A stretch of 50,078 nucleotides of DNA, from positions 1 through 50,078 of the forward strand of contig JAFYJP010000022.1 of the NCBI GenBank assembly GCA_017538085.1, written 5' to 3'. Under the pieces are notes generated by a model. It did not search any database and had not been told where the DNA came from. It saw only the letters and a program-made list of their open reading frames with translations. Of this stretch, positions 38,724 to 48,482 are shown in pieces. This DNA is from Bacteroidales bacterium. Lineage in GTDB: Bacteria; Bacteroidota; Bacteroidia; Bacteroidales; BM520. The position numbers were made by a program, and so were the translations under genes. Position 1 is the stretch's first letter. Each line of letters starts with the position of its first letter.

Positions 38724-39629
38724 ATGAAAAAGCAATTACCGATTACATATTTTCTGCTTATTCTTTCATCCGTTTTCTGGGGAATCAGTTTCATCCTCAC
38801 CAAACAGGTCTTTATTGTGGAGCCGCAAATGTCTGTGACACTGCTTATTGCTTTGCGGTTAGCCTTGGCTACAGCCGTAACGATTCCGATTCTGTCACTC
38901 ACCAAGAAACTGGAACCGATACGCAAAGCAGACCTGAAATGGTTCCTTATCCTCGCATTCACGGAACCTTTTGTATATCATCTTTTCGAGACCACTGGCG
39001 TACAATATGTGTCAGGCAGTTTCGCTTCTGTTGACATCGCCACCATTCCACTGTTCATACCTTTCGGGATGGCTATAGTCTATAAAGAGAAACTGACAAA
39101 AAATATCCTGGCAGGTGTAGTCATGTCGTTCATCGGAATCGCAATTATGCTCATTGGAGGCGAGGCTGTAAGCGGCAGTCTGAAAGGCATATTGTTCCTT
39201 TCAGGAGCCGTATTCACAGCGATAGTCTATACCCTACTTTTAGTCAAAATAGTTGACAATTACAGCCCTCTCACGGTTACTGTCTGGCAAAATCTTTTCG
39301 GACTGGTCTATTTTGTCATCTTGCTTGTCATCCAGAACATGCTTCCCAACGGCGGATTTCATTTTTCAATGCTTAAAAGCCTCAATTGGGGATGGGATTT
39401 AATATGGCCCATCCTAACACTTGGGATATGCTGCTCAACATTTGCATATATGTTCTACAGTCTGGGTGTCAAGCGCATAGGTGCTTCCCAAACATGCATC
39501 TTCAACAATACAATACCGATATTTTCACTTATTGCCGGAATAGCCATCGGCCAGGAGAGTTTTGCCTGGACAAAGCTGATAGGAATGTTGATAGTGATTG
39601 CAGGAGTGGTGATTTCACAGAGGAAATGA
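38724..39629 (+). CDS. DMT-superfamily (EamA-like) transporter
   Basis: 301 aa with about 10 TM helices and duplicated EamA-like halves. Confidence 0.75.
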   Translation: MKKQLPITYFLLILSSVFWGISFILTKQVFIVEPQMSVTLLIALRLALATAVTIPILSLTKKLEPIRKADLKWFLILAFTEPFVYHLFETTGVQYVSGSFASVDIATIPLFIPFGMAIVYKEKLTKNILAGVVMSFIGIAIMLIGGEAVSGSLKGILFLSGAVFTAIVYTLLLVKIVDNYSPLTVTVWQNLFGLVYFVILLVIQNMLPNGGFHFSMLKSLNWGWDLIWPILTLGICCSTFAYMFYSLGVKRIGASQTCIFNNTIPIFSLIAGIAIGQESFAWTKLIGMLIVIAGVVISQRK

Positions 39630-39631
39630 AC

Positions 39632-41386
39632 CTATTTCCTAACAACCTGCAAACATAATTCGTCGAGTTGTTCCTGAGAGATTTCCGTAGGGGAGCCATC
39701 CATAAGGTCTCTTCCGGAGTTGTTCTTCGGGAATGCAATGAAATCGCGGATTGAATCCTGACCGACAATCATAGCACACACTCTGTCAAGACCGAAGGCA
39801 AGACCTGCGTGTGGTGGAGCGCCGTATTCAAAAGCACCAAGAAGGCATCCGAACTTGCGCTGTGCAGTTGCATCATCGAGACCAAGGGCACGGAACATCC
39901 TGTTCTGCAGTTCTCTGTCATGGATACGGATTGAGCCACCGCCGAGTTCAACACCGTTCATGACCATATCGTAAGCATACGCATTTACGGAACCTGGATC
40001 TGTTTCAAGTCTGTCGAGGTCTTCAATTTTCGGACATGTAAACGGGTGATGCATAGACATATAGCGCTGTTCTTCCTCGCTCCATTCAAAGAGCGGAAAA
40101 TCGACAACCCAAAGCGGTGCGTACGTATCATGAGGACGCAGACCAAGCCTGTTGCCCATTTCAAGACGAAGGTCGTTCATCTGCTTGCGGACTTTCATAA
40201 TGTCATCACCACTAAGAACCAGTATCAAATCACCAGGATTTGCGCCAACAGTCTTTGCCCATGTTGCGAGGTCTTCCTGCGAATAGAATTTGTCAACCGA
40301 AGACTTGAAGGTGCCGTCTGCGTTGCATTTCACATAAACAAGTCCCTTAGCGCCCGTCTGCGGACGTTTCACAAATTCAGTCAGACCGTCAAGTTCCTTG
40401 CGGGTATATTCGGCACAGCCTGGAGCAGCGATTGCTATTACAGCCTTGGCCTCGTTGAAGACGCTGAAAGTGCTTGTTTTCACAATATCAGTGAGTTCCA
40501 CGAATTTCATGCCGAAGCGGATATCCGGCTTGTCGCTGCCATAATATTTCATGGCATCAGCCCATGTCATACGTGGAAAATCGTAGTCGAATTCAATGCC
40601 GCGAACAACCTTGAACACGTGTTTCATCATACCTTCAAACATCTCTAAGACATCATTCTGCTCCACAAACGACATTTCACAGTCGATTTGGGTAAATTCA
40701 GGCTGACGGTCGGCACGGAGGTCTTCATCCCTGAAGCATTTCACAATCTGGAAATACCGGTCTATGCCAGCGACCATAAGAAGCTGTTTGAACTGCTGCG
40801 GTGACTGCGGCAAAGCGTAAAACTGTCCCTGGTTCATACGTGAAGGGACGACGAAGTCACGGGCACCTTCAGGAGTTGACTTAATGAGAAATGGGGTCTC
40901 CACTTCAAGGAAGTTACGGTCACTGAGGTAGTTACGGACTTCATGGACAACTTTGTGACGCAAGATAAGGTTATTTTTCACACAATCACGACGGATGTCA
41001 AGATAACGATATTTCATTCTAAGTTCATCACCGCCATCGGTATCGTCCTCAATGGTAAAAGGCGGTACTTTTGAAGTGTTGAGTATTTCAATGTCGGAAA
41101 CAATTATTTCAATGTCACCGGTAGGCATATTGGCATTTTTGTTCGAACGTTCGGCAACCAAACCCTTGACTTTAATGACATATTCCCTGCCGAGGGAATC
41201 AGCCACATCAAAAAGATGGGATTGCGTTTCAAAATTTAAGGCGAGCTGGGTGACGCCGTATCTGTCACGGAGGTCGATAAACAGCATTCCGCCAAGTTTG
41301 CGGACTTTCTTTACCCATCCGCATAAAATCACTTCTTTGTTGACATCGGTGATTCTAAGTTCACCACAAGTATGAGTTCTAAGCAT
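39632..41386 (-). CDS. aspS: Aspartate--tRNA ligase
   Basis: 584 aa. [11 protein letters not shown]..., class II motifs [18 protein letters not shown] and GGGSIRIH. Confidence 0.95.
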   Translation of the reverse strand: MLRTHTCGELRITDVNKEVILCGWVKKVRKLGGMLFIDLRDRYGVTQLALNFETQSHLFDVADSLGREYVIKVKGLVAERSNKNANMPTGDIEIIVSDIEILNTSKVPPFTIEDDTDGGDELRMKYRYLDIRRDCVKNNLILRHKVVHEVRNYLSDRNFLEVETPFLIKSTPEGARDFVVPSRMNQGQFYALPQSPQQFKQLLMVAGIDRYFQIVKCFRDEDLRADRQPEFTQIDCEMSFVEQNDVLEMFEGMMKHVFKVVRGIEFDYDFPRMTWADAMKYYGSDKPDIRFGMKFVELTDIVKTSTFSVFNEAKAVIAIAAPGCAEYTRKELDGLTEFVKRPQTGAKGLVYVKCNADGTFKSSVDKFYSQEDLATWAKTVGANPGDLILVLSGDDIMKVRKQMNDLRLEMGNRLGLRPHDTYAPLWVVDFPLFEWSEEEQRYMSMHHPFTCPKIEDLDRLETDPGSVNAYAYDMVMNGVELGGGSIRIHDRELQNRMFRALGLDDATAQRKFGCLLGAFEYGAPPHAGLAFGLDRVCAMIVGQDSIRDFIAFPKNNSGRDLMDGSPTEISQEQLDELCLQVVRK

Positions 41387-41401
41387 ATCTCAAAAATTTT
41401 G

Positions 41402-41409
41402 CAAAAGTA
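41402..41409 (-). promoter_or_regulatory. -7 box candidate (TACTTTTG on the minus strand) for aspS
   Basis: Plus-strand CAAAAGTA lies 16 nt upstream of the ATG at 41386. Confidence 0.45.
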
Positions 41410-41430
41410 ATATTTTTATTTAAATATGAA

Positions 41431-42696
41431 TCACGATAAGATGCTGTACCTGTAAGCATCAAGTTTTATAAAAATGAAAAGCAGTATTGTGGTTGCGAGC
41501 AGAGACGAACCGCCATAACTGACAAATGGCAATGGGATGCCGATAACCGGCATCAATCCTATTGTCATGGAAATATTGATGAACACGTGGAAAAACAGAA
41601 TTCCAACCACGCAGTACCCATAAATCCTGCTGAAAGGCGATCGCTGCCGTTCAGCCATCATAATAAGTTTGATTAATAAAGTGAAATAGACAGCCATAAG
41701 CAGAAAACTGCCCAAAAAGCCTGTTTCTTCCGCCAAAGTGCAGAAAATGAAATCAGTATGCTGTTCAGGCACAAAATCCATCTTAGTCTGTGTACCCTGG
41801 AGAAAACCTTTTCCTACCCAGTGCCCAGAGCCAATGGCAATTTTTGACTGATAAAGATTGTAGCCGACTCCCCTATTGTCTTCAATTTTTCCGAGAGTGA
41901 CCATGATACGGTTGCGCTGATGCTGTTCAAGAATATTATCAAAAGCCCATTGTTCAGCAAAAATCCATCCTACTGAAACGATGAATATTACTATGATTGT
42001 CAGCAATATTCCTTTATTTTTACGGAAAATGACATATCCAATCAGCAACAATGCAAAAATAACAGCTATCATAATGTATTTGTCAACAAGAAGGGCTATC
42101 ACCGAGACCGCGATAAGATACAGAATGGCAATAACCAAAGACAATGAAAAGCCTTCCCTGAATAGTGGAATGATAAAAGACAGGAACACTATTGCCGACC
42201 CGGCATCCGGTTCGAGCATAATCAGGGCAATTGAAAGCAGAATAAACAAAAAAACAGGCAATTGTTTCATAAAACTCTGGCCATAAAAGCCCTTGGTGCT
42301 AACATATTTCGAGACTGCCAATGCAGTGCCGAACTTGGCAAACTCAGAAGGCTGAATGCTGAAACCGCCGAGATTTATCCATGATTTTGCACCGGAAATC
42401 TCATCACCCACAACGAGGACGGCTGCCAACATCAGCATTGTCAACCCATAGACAGGGTAGGCGAAACGCTGGAACCAACTGCCTTCAAGAAGAAGTATCA
42501 ACAAGGCGACCACAAGCGAAATGGCAGCATAAACAGCCTGACTGCGGCTCATTGTTCCCGGTGACAAGACACTGGTTGCATCTCCGGAATATTTCGATGA
42601 AAAAATTGTGAGAATACCAGTTACAACCAATACGATGTAAAGGAATACTGCAAACCAGTCAATACTTGCAAAAACTGAATTTCTCTTGTCGGCCAT
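41431..42696 (-). CDS. rodA: Rod shape-determining protein RodA (SEDS family)
   Basis: 421 aa and polytopic with FtsW/RodA/SpoVE-type motifs (EQHTDFIFC, PLPFVSYGGSS). It lies downstream of mrdA. Confidence 0.85.
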   Translation of the reverse strand: MADKRNSVFASIDWFAVFLYIVLVVTGILTIFSSKYSGDATSVLSPGTMSRSQAVYAAISLVVALLILLLEGSWFQRFAYPVYGLTMLMLAAVLVVGDEISGAKSWINLGGFSIQPSEFAKFGTALAVSKYVSTKGFYGQSFMKQLPVFLFILLSIALIMLEPDAGSAIVFLSFIIPLFREGFSLSLVIAILYLIAVSVIALLVDKYIMIAVIFALLLIGYVIFRKNKGILLTIIVIFIVSVGWIFAEQWAFDNILEQHQRNRIMVTLGKIEDNRGVGYNLYQSKIAIGSGHWVGKGFLQGTQTKMDFVPEQHTDFIFCTLAEETGFLGSFLLMAVYFTLLIKLIMMAERQRSPFSRIYGYCVVGILFFHVFINISMTIGLMPVIGIPLPFVSYGGSSLLATTILLFIFIKLDAYRYSILS

Positions 42697-42720
42697 GGTA
42701 TTTTGATTTTGACGTAATTA

Positions 42721-44544
42721 TTATTCAATAGTGGTTGTTTCCAAAACTCGTTTTTCAATCCATTGACGGCTGGAGTCAATCGAATCATTTAGGTAATGCT
42801 CAATCATCATGGCGGCTACGGGAACTGCGAAAGTGGCGCCATATCCTGAGTTTTCGACTATGACTGCAATAGCTATCTTCGGATTGTACATTGGAGCAAA
42901 GGATATAAACAGAGCGTGGTTTTTCCCTGAGTTCTGTGCTGTTCCTGTTTTGCCGCAGACCTCAACCCCCGGAATATCAAGATAGACACGTGAACCCGTC
43001 ATCGACGCCATCTGCCGCATACCCCGCTTCACAGTATCGAAATGCCTTTTTTCAATACCTGTGGTTACAACTTCATTGGAGTAAGGATAAATCGTATCAT
43101 TAGTAGTATGATCGATAATGGCTTTTACGAGATGAGGTTTTATATATGTGCCTTCATTGCCTATAGTGGCAGCAAGGTTGGCAAGTTGGATAGGAGTAAC
43201 CTGTATTTCCCCCTGACCTATTGACAATGAACGGATTGTAGATGATTTCCATCCGCCTTTGCCATACCACTTATTGTAAAAAGTGGTATCTGGAATCATG
43301 CCTGGATTTTCGGAAAAGATATCAGTGTTGAATTTGACTCCGAATCCGAATTTATGGGCAAATTCATTCCATACTGTAAGTCCTGTTTCAGGATTCTTAT
43401 AATGGGAGATAATCTCTTCAAAAGCCTTGCGGAAAAAAGGGTTGCATGATTCCCGCAAAGCAGGGACAACAGAAAGGGGAGTCTGATGGTTGTGGGTGCA
43501 TTTGATAGGGGAGGAAGCAGGACCATTGCACGTGAACTGGGTGTATTCATCAATCACGCCAGTCTGAAGCGCAACCAGTCCGTTGAAAGTCTTGAAAGTC
43601 GAACCTGGAGGATAAACGCCCGAAACCGCACGGTTTATCAATGGTTTCTGAACGGAATCATGGAGTAGTTTGAGATAGTTTTGGGAACGTTCCCTACCTA
43701 CCAGCATGTTGGGGTCGAACCCCGGAGCTGAAACCATGGCGAGAATTCCGCCGGTGTTAGGGTCTATGGCTACAATGCTGCCTCTCTTGTTGGCCATCAG
43801 TTTTTCACCATAACATTGCAGGTCATTATCGATTTCAAGAATCATATCCGCACCCTGAATCGCCTCAACATCGTCTTTCCCATCATTGTATGGGGCCACC
43901 TCAACGTTGGCGGAATTGACAATGATGGCACGGAATCCCTTCTGACCCTTGAGATATTTTTCGTATGTGAACTCCAGCCCTCTGACACCATGATAATCGC
44001 CCAAACTGTAATCCTCATGCTTTTCAAGAAAATTTGCATCCACCTCGCCTACATCACCAAGAATATGGGCTCCGCTGGAAAACGGATATTGACGGACTGT
44101 ACGGGAAACATAATAAATACCCGGAAACTGATACAGAAGCTCCTGCGTTGACAAAAAGTCCTCCTTCGATATCTGAGTGGCAATGACTGATGCCTTGTAT
44201 CTCGAGTATCTGCGGCATTTTTCAAGTTTCTCATTGAACGTGGAAGTATCCATGTTTATGAGATTGCAGAATTTGATGACATCGAAAGTGGAATCAATAT
44301 ATTTAGGCGTAATCAAAACATCATAGACAATGTTGTTGCTGACCATCAGCTTGCCCGTACGGTCATACATTTCACCTCTCGCAGGATATACGACCAAATT
44401 CTTAATGGCATTATTCTTGGCAAGATTTATATACTTGGTGGTAAGTACCTGCATAGTGAAAAGGCGGATTAAAATAACTATGAAGCAAATAGCTATAAAT
44501 CCGATTATAAGATACTTACGATTTTGAAATATGTCAGTTTTCAT
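42721..44544 (-). CDS. mrdA: Penicillin-binding protein 2 (elongasome transpeptidase)
   Basis: SxxK is PGSTFK, SxN is ESCN, and KTG is GKTGTAQ. I prefer the ATG at 44544 (607 aa) because the track start at 44574 overlaps the -7 box candidate. Confidence 0.85.
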   Translation of the reverse strand: MKTDIFQNRKYLIIGFIAICFIVILIRLFTMQVLTTKYINLAKNNAIKNLVVYPARGEMYDRTGKLMVSNNIVYDVLITPKYIDSTFDVIKFCNLINMDTSTFNEKLEKCRRYSRYKASVIATQISKEDFLSTQELLYQFPGIYYVSRTVRQYPFSSGAHILGDVGEVDANFLEKHEDYSLGDYHGVRGLEFTYEKYLKGQKGFRAIIVNSANVEVAPYNDGKDDVEAIQGADMILEIDNDLQCYGEKLMANKRGSIVAIDPNTGGILAMVSAPGFDPNMLVGRERSQNYLKLLHDSVQKPLINRAVSGVYPPGSTFKTFNGLVALQTGVIDEYTQFTCNGPASSPIKCTHNHQTPLSVVPALRESCNPFFRKAFEEIISHYKNPETGLTVWNEFAHKFGFGVKFNTDIFSENPGMIPDTTFYNKWYGKGGWKSSTIRSLSIGQGEIQVTPIQLANLAATIGNEGTYIKPHLVKAIIDHTTNDTIYPYSNEVVTTGIEKRHFDTVKRGMRQMASMTGSRVYLDIPGVEVCGKTGTAQNSGKNHALFISFAPMYNPKIAIAVIVENSGYGATFAVPVAAMMIEHYLNDSIDSSRQWIEKRVLETTTIE

Positions 44545-44571
44545 GAAAAAGCCCCCGTCAGTTATTCTTTG

Positions 44572-44579
44572 CAAAATTA
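44572..44579 (-). promoter_or_regulatory. -7 box candidate (TAATTTTG on the minus strand) for mrdA-rodA
   Basis: Plus-strand CAAAATTA lies 28 nt upstream of the ATG at 44544. Confidence 0.4.
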
Positions 44580-44631
44580 TACTGAATTTTTCAAATGGAA
44601 TATTTTTTGCAGATATTTTATTTATAATATC

Positions 44632-44639
44632 TATCTTTG
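44632..44639 (+). promoter_or_regulatory. -7 box candidate (TATCTTTG) for the 1116-aa gene, ybeY and mnmG
   Basis: An exact TAnnTTTG lies 33 nt upstream of the ATG at 44672. Confidence 0.45.
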
Positions 44640-44671
44640 CAGGCTAAACACTTAACAAGCGGGAATATTAC

Positions 44672-47600
44672 ATGAATATCATTAGGAATAAAATTGATAA
44701 ATTCATCCGAAAATACTATACAAACCAAATACTTACGGGATTTATACTGCTAACGGGAATACTGTTGCTGCTGCTGCTCGTAAGTGTTCTTATAGAATAT
44801 TTTGCATGGATGAATGTAACTGGCAGAAAGATTCTTTTCTGGTCGGTAATCGGCATCTGCGCGATAATCTTCATATACTTTATTCTGCTTCCGCTATTAA
44901 GAATGCTCCGTTTAGGGAAAGTTATCTCTTACCGGCAGGCAGCCAATATTATCGGAAAATACTTCCCGGACATCAAGGATAAGCTGCTCAACTACTTGGA
45001 ACTCGAGCAGATGCAGGACACTTCGCTCGACAACAACGACCTTATTGTCGCAAGTATAAACCAAAAAACCGACAATTTGTCTCCGTTCAATTTCTCAAAG
45101 GCAGTAAGTTTCAAATCAGCCCTCAAATACCTGAAATATGTTGCTCCGGTAATCCTTGTCTTCCTTACAGTGCTGATAGCAAAACCTTCTGTTATCAAAC
45201 AGCCGGCGGAAAGAATCATCAACTATAACACCGAATACGAAAAACCTCTCCCGTTTCATTTCATCCTCAAAAATGAAGACTTGAATGTCGTTCAAAATAA
45301 AGATTATACAGTATATTTCTACACTATCGGCGACAAAAAGCCCGATAATGTGACCATAAACTTCAATAACGGGAAAAAATCAAACATTTCCTCCACGTAC
45401 ATGACCAAAGAGAATGATTCCCTTTTTTCATATACGTTCAAGAGTTTGCATGACAATCTGAAGTTTTATGCTTCAAGCGAGGACATCACGTCAAACACTT
45501 ATGAGGTCAATGTTTTCCCACAGCCGGCTCTTTTGGGGTTCAACCTTGACCTCCATTATCCGAAATATACGAATAAAAAAGACGAAACCATTGAAAATAC
45601 AGGGATAATCAAAATCCTGTATGGAACAGTCGGAAACTGGGATTTCTCAACCAAAGATGCCGACGGACTTGTAGTCATCAAGGGAAGTGGCAAAGACACA
45701 TTACGAAATGACAACAGAAAAAAGTCTGACCATTTCACCATGAGTTCAAGGTTCTCTTCCGATGATGAAATATCAATAGTAGCCTTTAACGAGCATCTTT
45801 TCAGTAAAGACACCCTGAAATATACTATTCAGATTATCAACGATTTATCTCCAGACATTCAAGTTATGGAAGCCCGTGACAGTCTTATGAACAGAGACTT
45901 TTTCTTCAGCGGCACTATATCAGATGACTACGGTTTTTCATCTTTGAAATTCTACTACAGAATCATCCAGGACGACAATTCAGGAAATTACCGGAGTATG
46001 GATGTTCCATTCGACAAGAACAATACCATGCAGCGGTTTTACTGGCGCACGAGCATCAACGAATTAGGAATTCTTCCAGGAGAAAGCATCGAATACTACT
46101 TCGAAGTTTGTGACAACGATGAGGCGAGGGGCCACAAATGCTCAACCACACAAGTCATGTCATTCCGTAGAATGAATGCAAACGAAATGGATGAAATGAG
46201 TGAGAAGATGAGCGAAGAATTCAAGGAAAACCTTGACAATTCAATGGATAAAATCAATGATATCCAACAACAAATCGATGATTTTCTGCGTGAACTCAAA
46301 GAGAAGGAAAACCTGACCTTCCAGGACAAGGAGAAACTCGAAAACATGCTTCAAGAACAGCAAAAGCTGATTGAAAACATGGAGCGGCAACAGGAAAGCC
46401 TTCAGATTAACAACTACAATCAAAACCAATATAACGAATTCAGTGAGAGCATATTGGACAAACAACAAAAGCTTGAAGAGCTGTATGACAAAATTCTCAC
46501 CGAGGACATGAAAAAGTTGCTGGAAGATATGCAGAAGATGCTGGAGAACTTCAACAAAGACCACCTCGACAGTCAGTTGCGTGAATTTGAACAGTCATAC
46601 GAAGACCTTGAAAAACAATTGGATCAGACTCTTGAGCTTTATAAAAATCTTGAATTCCAACAGGAATTTGAAAAAACAATGAGTGATCTTGACAGTCTTG
46701 CCAACAAACAGATGGAATTGTCTGAAAAGACCAAAGAAGCCGACAAAGATGACCTTGAAGATATCGGAAAGGAACAGGATAAGCTGAACGAAGAATTTGA
46801 CAAAGTCATGGAAGACCTCAAGAAGCTTGACCAAATGAATGAACAACTGGAAGATAAATTCGACATTGACTTCGATGACCCGGAAATCGACGACATAAAG
46901 CAAGAGATGCAGGAGGCAAGTGAAAAACTGGAGAAGAAAAAGAAGGATGCCTCTAAAAATCAGGATAATGCGGGCAACAAGATGAAGAACATGGCCCAGA
47001 AAATGCAACAGCAGTTTGATGATTCGATGTTTGCTCAGGCAGCAGAAGACGAGGAATCAGTGCGCAGACTGCTTCAGAATGTAGTACACCTTTCCTTCAG
47101 TGAAGAGCAACTGATTGACGAGTTAAAAAAAGTTAAAGTCGGAAATCCGAAATATGTCGAGATTATCCACAAACAGAATGACATCAACAAGCAGTTGGCG
47201 ATGACTGAGGATACACTTACAGCGATAGCCAAAAGAAATTTCCAGATAAGTCAGTTCATTTTCAACGAATTAAAAGAGCTTAAAGACGTATCGCAGCAGG
47301 CAACGACAAGTCTCACCAACAGAAATGTCTCACAGGCATCGAAGAATCTTCAACAGACAATGAGTTCGTTGAACAAGTTTGCCCTGATGATATCTGAAAG
47401 TTTAGACGAAATGGAACAGCAGATGTCGAATATGTCATCCTGTTCCAACGGGAAGCAGCCCAAGAGTGGGAACGGTGGAAAAGCGAGCATGCAGACCATG
47501 AAAGACCTGCAGGAACAGCTCAAGAAACAGATGGAAGAGATGAAAGAGAATCAGGGCAAGAGCAAAAATTCCGGAAAAGAAGGACAAATTGGAAACAGTG

Positions 47601-48022
47601 AACAGTTTGCAAAAATGGCGATGGAGCAGGAGGCAATCAGAAGGCAGCTGGAACAGCTTCAGCAGGAGTTACGCAGTGAAGGGCAAGGCCTTGACGGTGA
47701 CCTGCAGAAAGCTATTGAAGCCATGGAGCAGAATGAGGTTGACCTGATTAACAAACGTCTCACTGATGAAATGATGAAACGTCAGGAAGAAATCATGACA
47801 CGGCTGCTCCAATCGGAAAAGGCACAGAAGCAGCGTGAACAGGACAACCAGAGACAATCGAAGGAAGGCAAAGTTTTTGACAGACCTTCACCAGAAGAAA
47901 TTTTCAATCCCGAAAACAAGGGAGACAAGTTTGATGACAAACTGCACACTGTTCCGCCAAGCCTCAACAATTTCTACAGACAGAGAGTGGACAAATACAG
48001 ATATGAACTCAAAAAGCAATAA
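44672..48022 (+). CDS. Large membrane-anchored protein with a very long acidic coiled-coil (DUF4175-like, function unknown)
   Basis: 1116 aa with two N-terminal TM helices (ILTGFILLTGILLLLLLVSVLI, ILFWSVIGICAIIFIYFILLPLL). A beta-rich middle is followed by about 550 aa of E/K/Q/D/L/M heptad-like low-complexity sequence. The family name is from memory. Confidence 0.6.
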   Translation: MNIIRNKIDKFIRKYYTNQILTGFILLTGILLLLLLVSVLIEYFAWMNVTGRKILFWSVIGICAIIFIYFILLPLLRMLRLGKVISYRQAANIIGKYFPDIKDKLLNYLELEQMQDTSLDNNDLIVASINQKTDNLSPFNFSKAVSFKSALKYLKYVAPVILVFLTVLIAKPSVIKQPAERIINYNTEYEKPLPFHFILKNEDLNVVQNKDYTVYFYTIGDKKPDNVTINFNNGKKSNISSTYMTKENDSLFSYTFKSLHDNLKFYASSEDITSNTYEVNVFPQPALLGFNLDLHYPKYTNKKDETIENTGIIKILYGTVGNWDFSTKDADGLVVIKGSGKDTLRNDNRKKSDHFTMSSRFSSDDEISIVAFNEHLFSKDTLKYTIQIINDLSPDIQVMEARDSLMNRDFFFSGTISDDYGFSSLKFYYRIIQDDNSGNYRSMDVPFDKNNTMQRFYWRTSINELGILPGESIEYYFEVCDNDEARGHKCSTTQVMSFRRMNANEMDEMSEKMSEEFKENLDNSMDKINDIQQQIDDFLRELKEKENLTFQDKEKLENMLQEQQKLIENMERQQESLQINNYNQNQYNEFSESILDKQQKLEELYDKILTEDMKKLLEDMQKMLENFNKDHLDSQLREFEQSYEDLEKQLDQTLELYKNLEFQQEFEKTMSDLDSLANKQMELSEKTKEADKDDLEDIGKEQDKLNEEFDKVMEDLKKLDQMNEQLEDKFDIDFDDPEIDDIKQEMQEASEKLEKKKKDASKNQDNAGNKMKNMAQKMQQQFDDSMFAQAAEDEESVRRLLQNVVHLSFSEEQLIDELKKVKVGNPKYVEIIHKQNDINKQLAMTEDTLTAIAKRNFQISQFIFNELKELKDVSQQATTSLTNRNVSQASKNLQQTMSSLNKFALMISESLDEMEQQMSNMSSCSNGKQPKSGNGGKASMQTMKDLQEQLKKQMEEMKENQGKSKNSGKEGQIGNSEQFAKMAMEQEAIRRQLEQLQQELRSEGQGLDGDLQKAIEAMEQNEVDLINKRLTDEMMKRQEEIMTRLLQSEKAQKQREQDNQRQSKEGKVFDRPSPEEIFNPENKGDKFDDKLHTVPPSLNNFYRQRVDKYRYELKKQ

Positions 48023-48025
48023 AAA

Positions 48026-48481
48026 ATGGAAGTTGAATACAGAAAGAACATAATAATTTGCTGCGATGACACAATCCAATATCGTGTCAGAAACATCCTA
48101 AAAATCAAAGAAGCCCTTTACAAAGTTGTAAAAGCCGAGAAGAAGCGGCTCATTGCCATCAATATAATTCTCACCGACGAGAGCACCATGCTCTCATTGA
48201 ATGAAAAATATCTCGGACATGACACTGACACAGACACCATAACATTTCCGTACAACGATTCGGAAAAGGATGTTTTCGGGGATGTTTACATCAGCATCGA
48301 CAGGGTGAGGGAGAACGCAAAAACATACGGTTGCCACGTTCAGGAGGAGTTGTTCAGGATAATGGTTCACGGCACCCTGCATTTATGCGGTTATGAGGAC
48401 AAGAAAGACGAGGAGGAGAAGAGCATAATGATTGAAAAACAAGAGAAATACATCAAGATGTTCCACGTGGAACAAAAGTGA
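48026..48481 (+). CDS. ybeY: rRNA maturation endoribonuclease YbeY
   Basis: 151 aa with the zinc motif HGTLHLCGYED. Confidence 0.9.
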   Translation: MEVEYRKNIIICCDDTIQYRVRNILKIKEALYKVVKAEKKRLIAINIILTDESTMLSLNEKYLGHDTDTDTITFPYNDSEKDVFGDVYISIDRVRENAKTYGCHVQEELFRIMVHGTLHLCGYEDKKDEEEKSIMIEKQEKYIKMFHVEQK

Positions 48482-48482
48482 A

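Noticed and set aside
46096-47008. Cluster of minus-strand ORFs (83, 107, 137 and 85 aa) inside the 1116-aa gene
   Set aside because: They are antisense to a purine-rich GAA/AAG/CAG coiled-coil tract. Their translations are L/F/S-rich low-complexity shadows.
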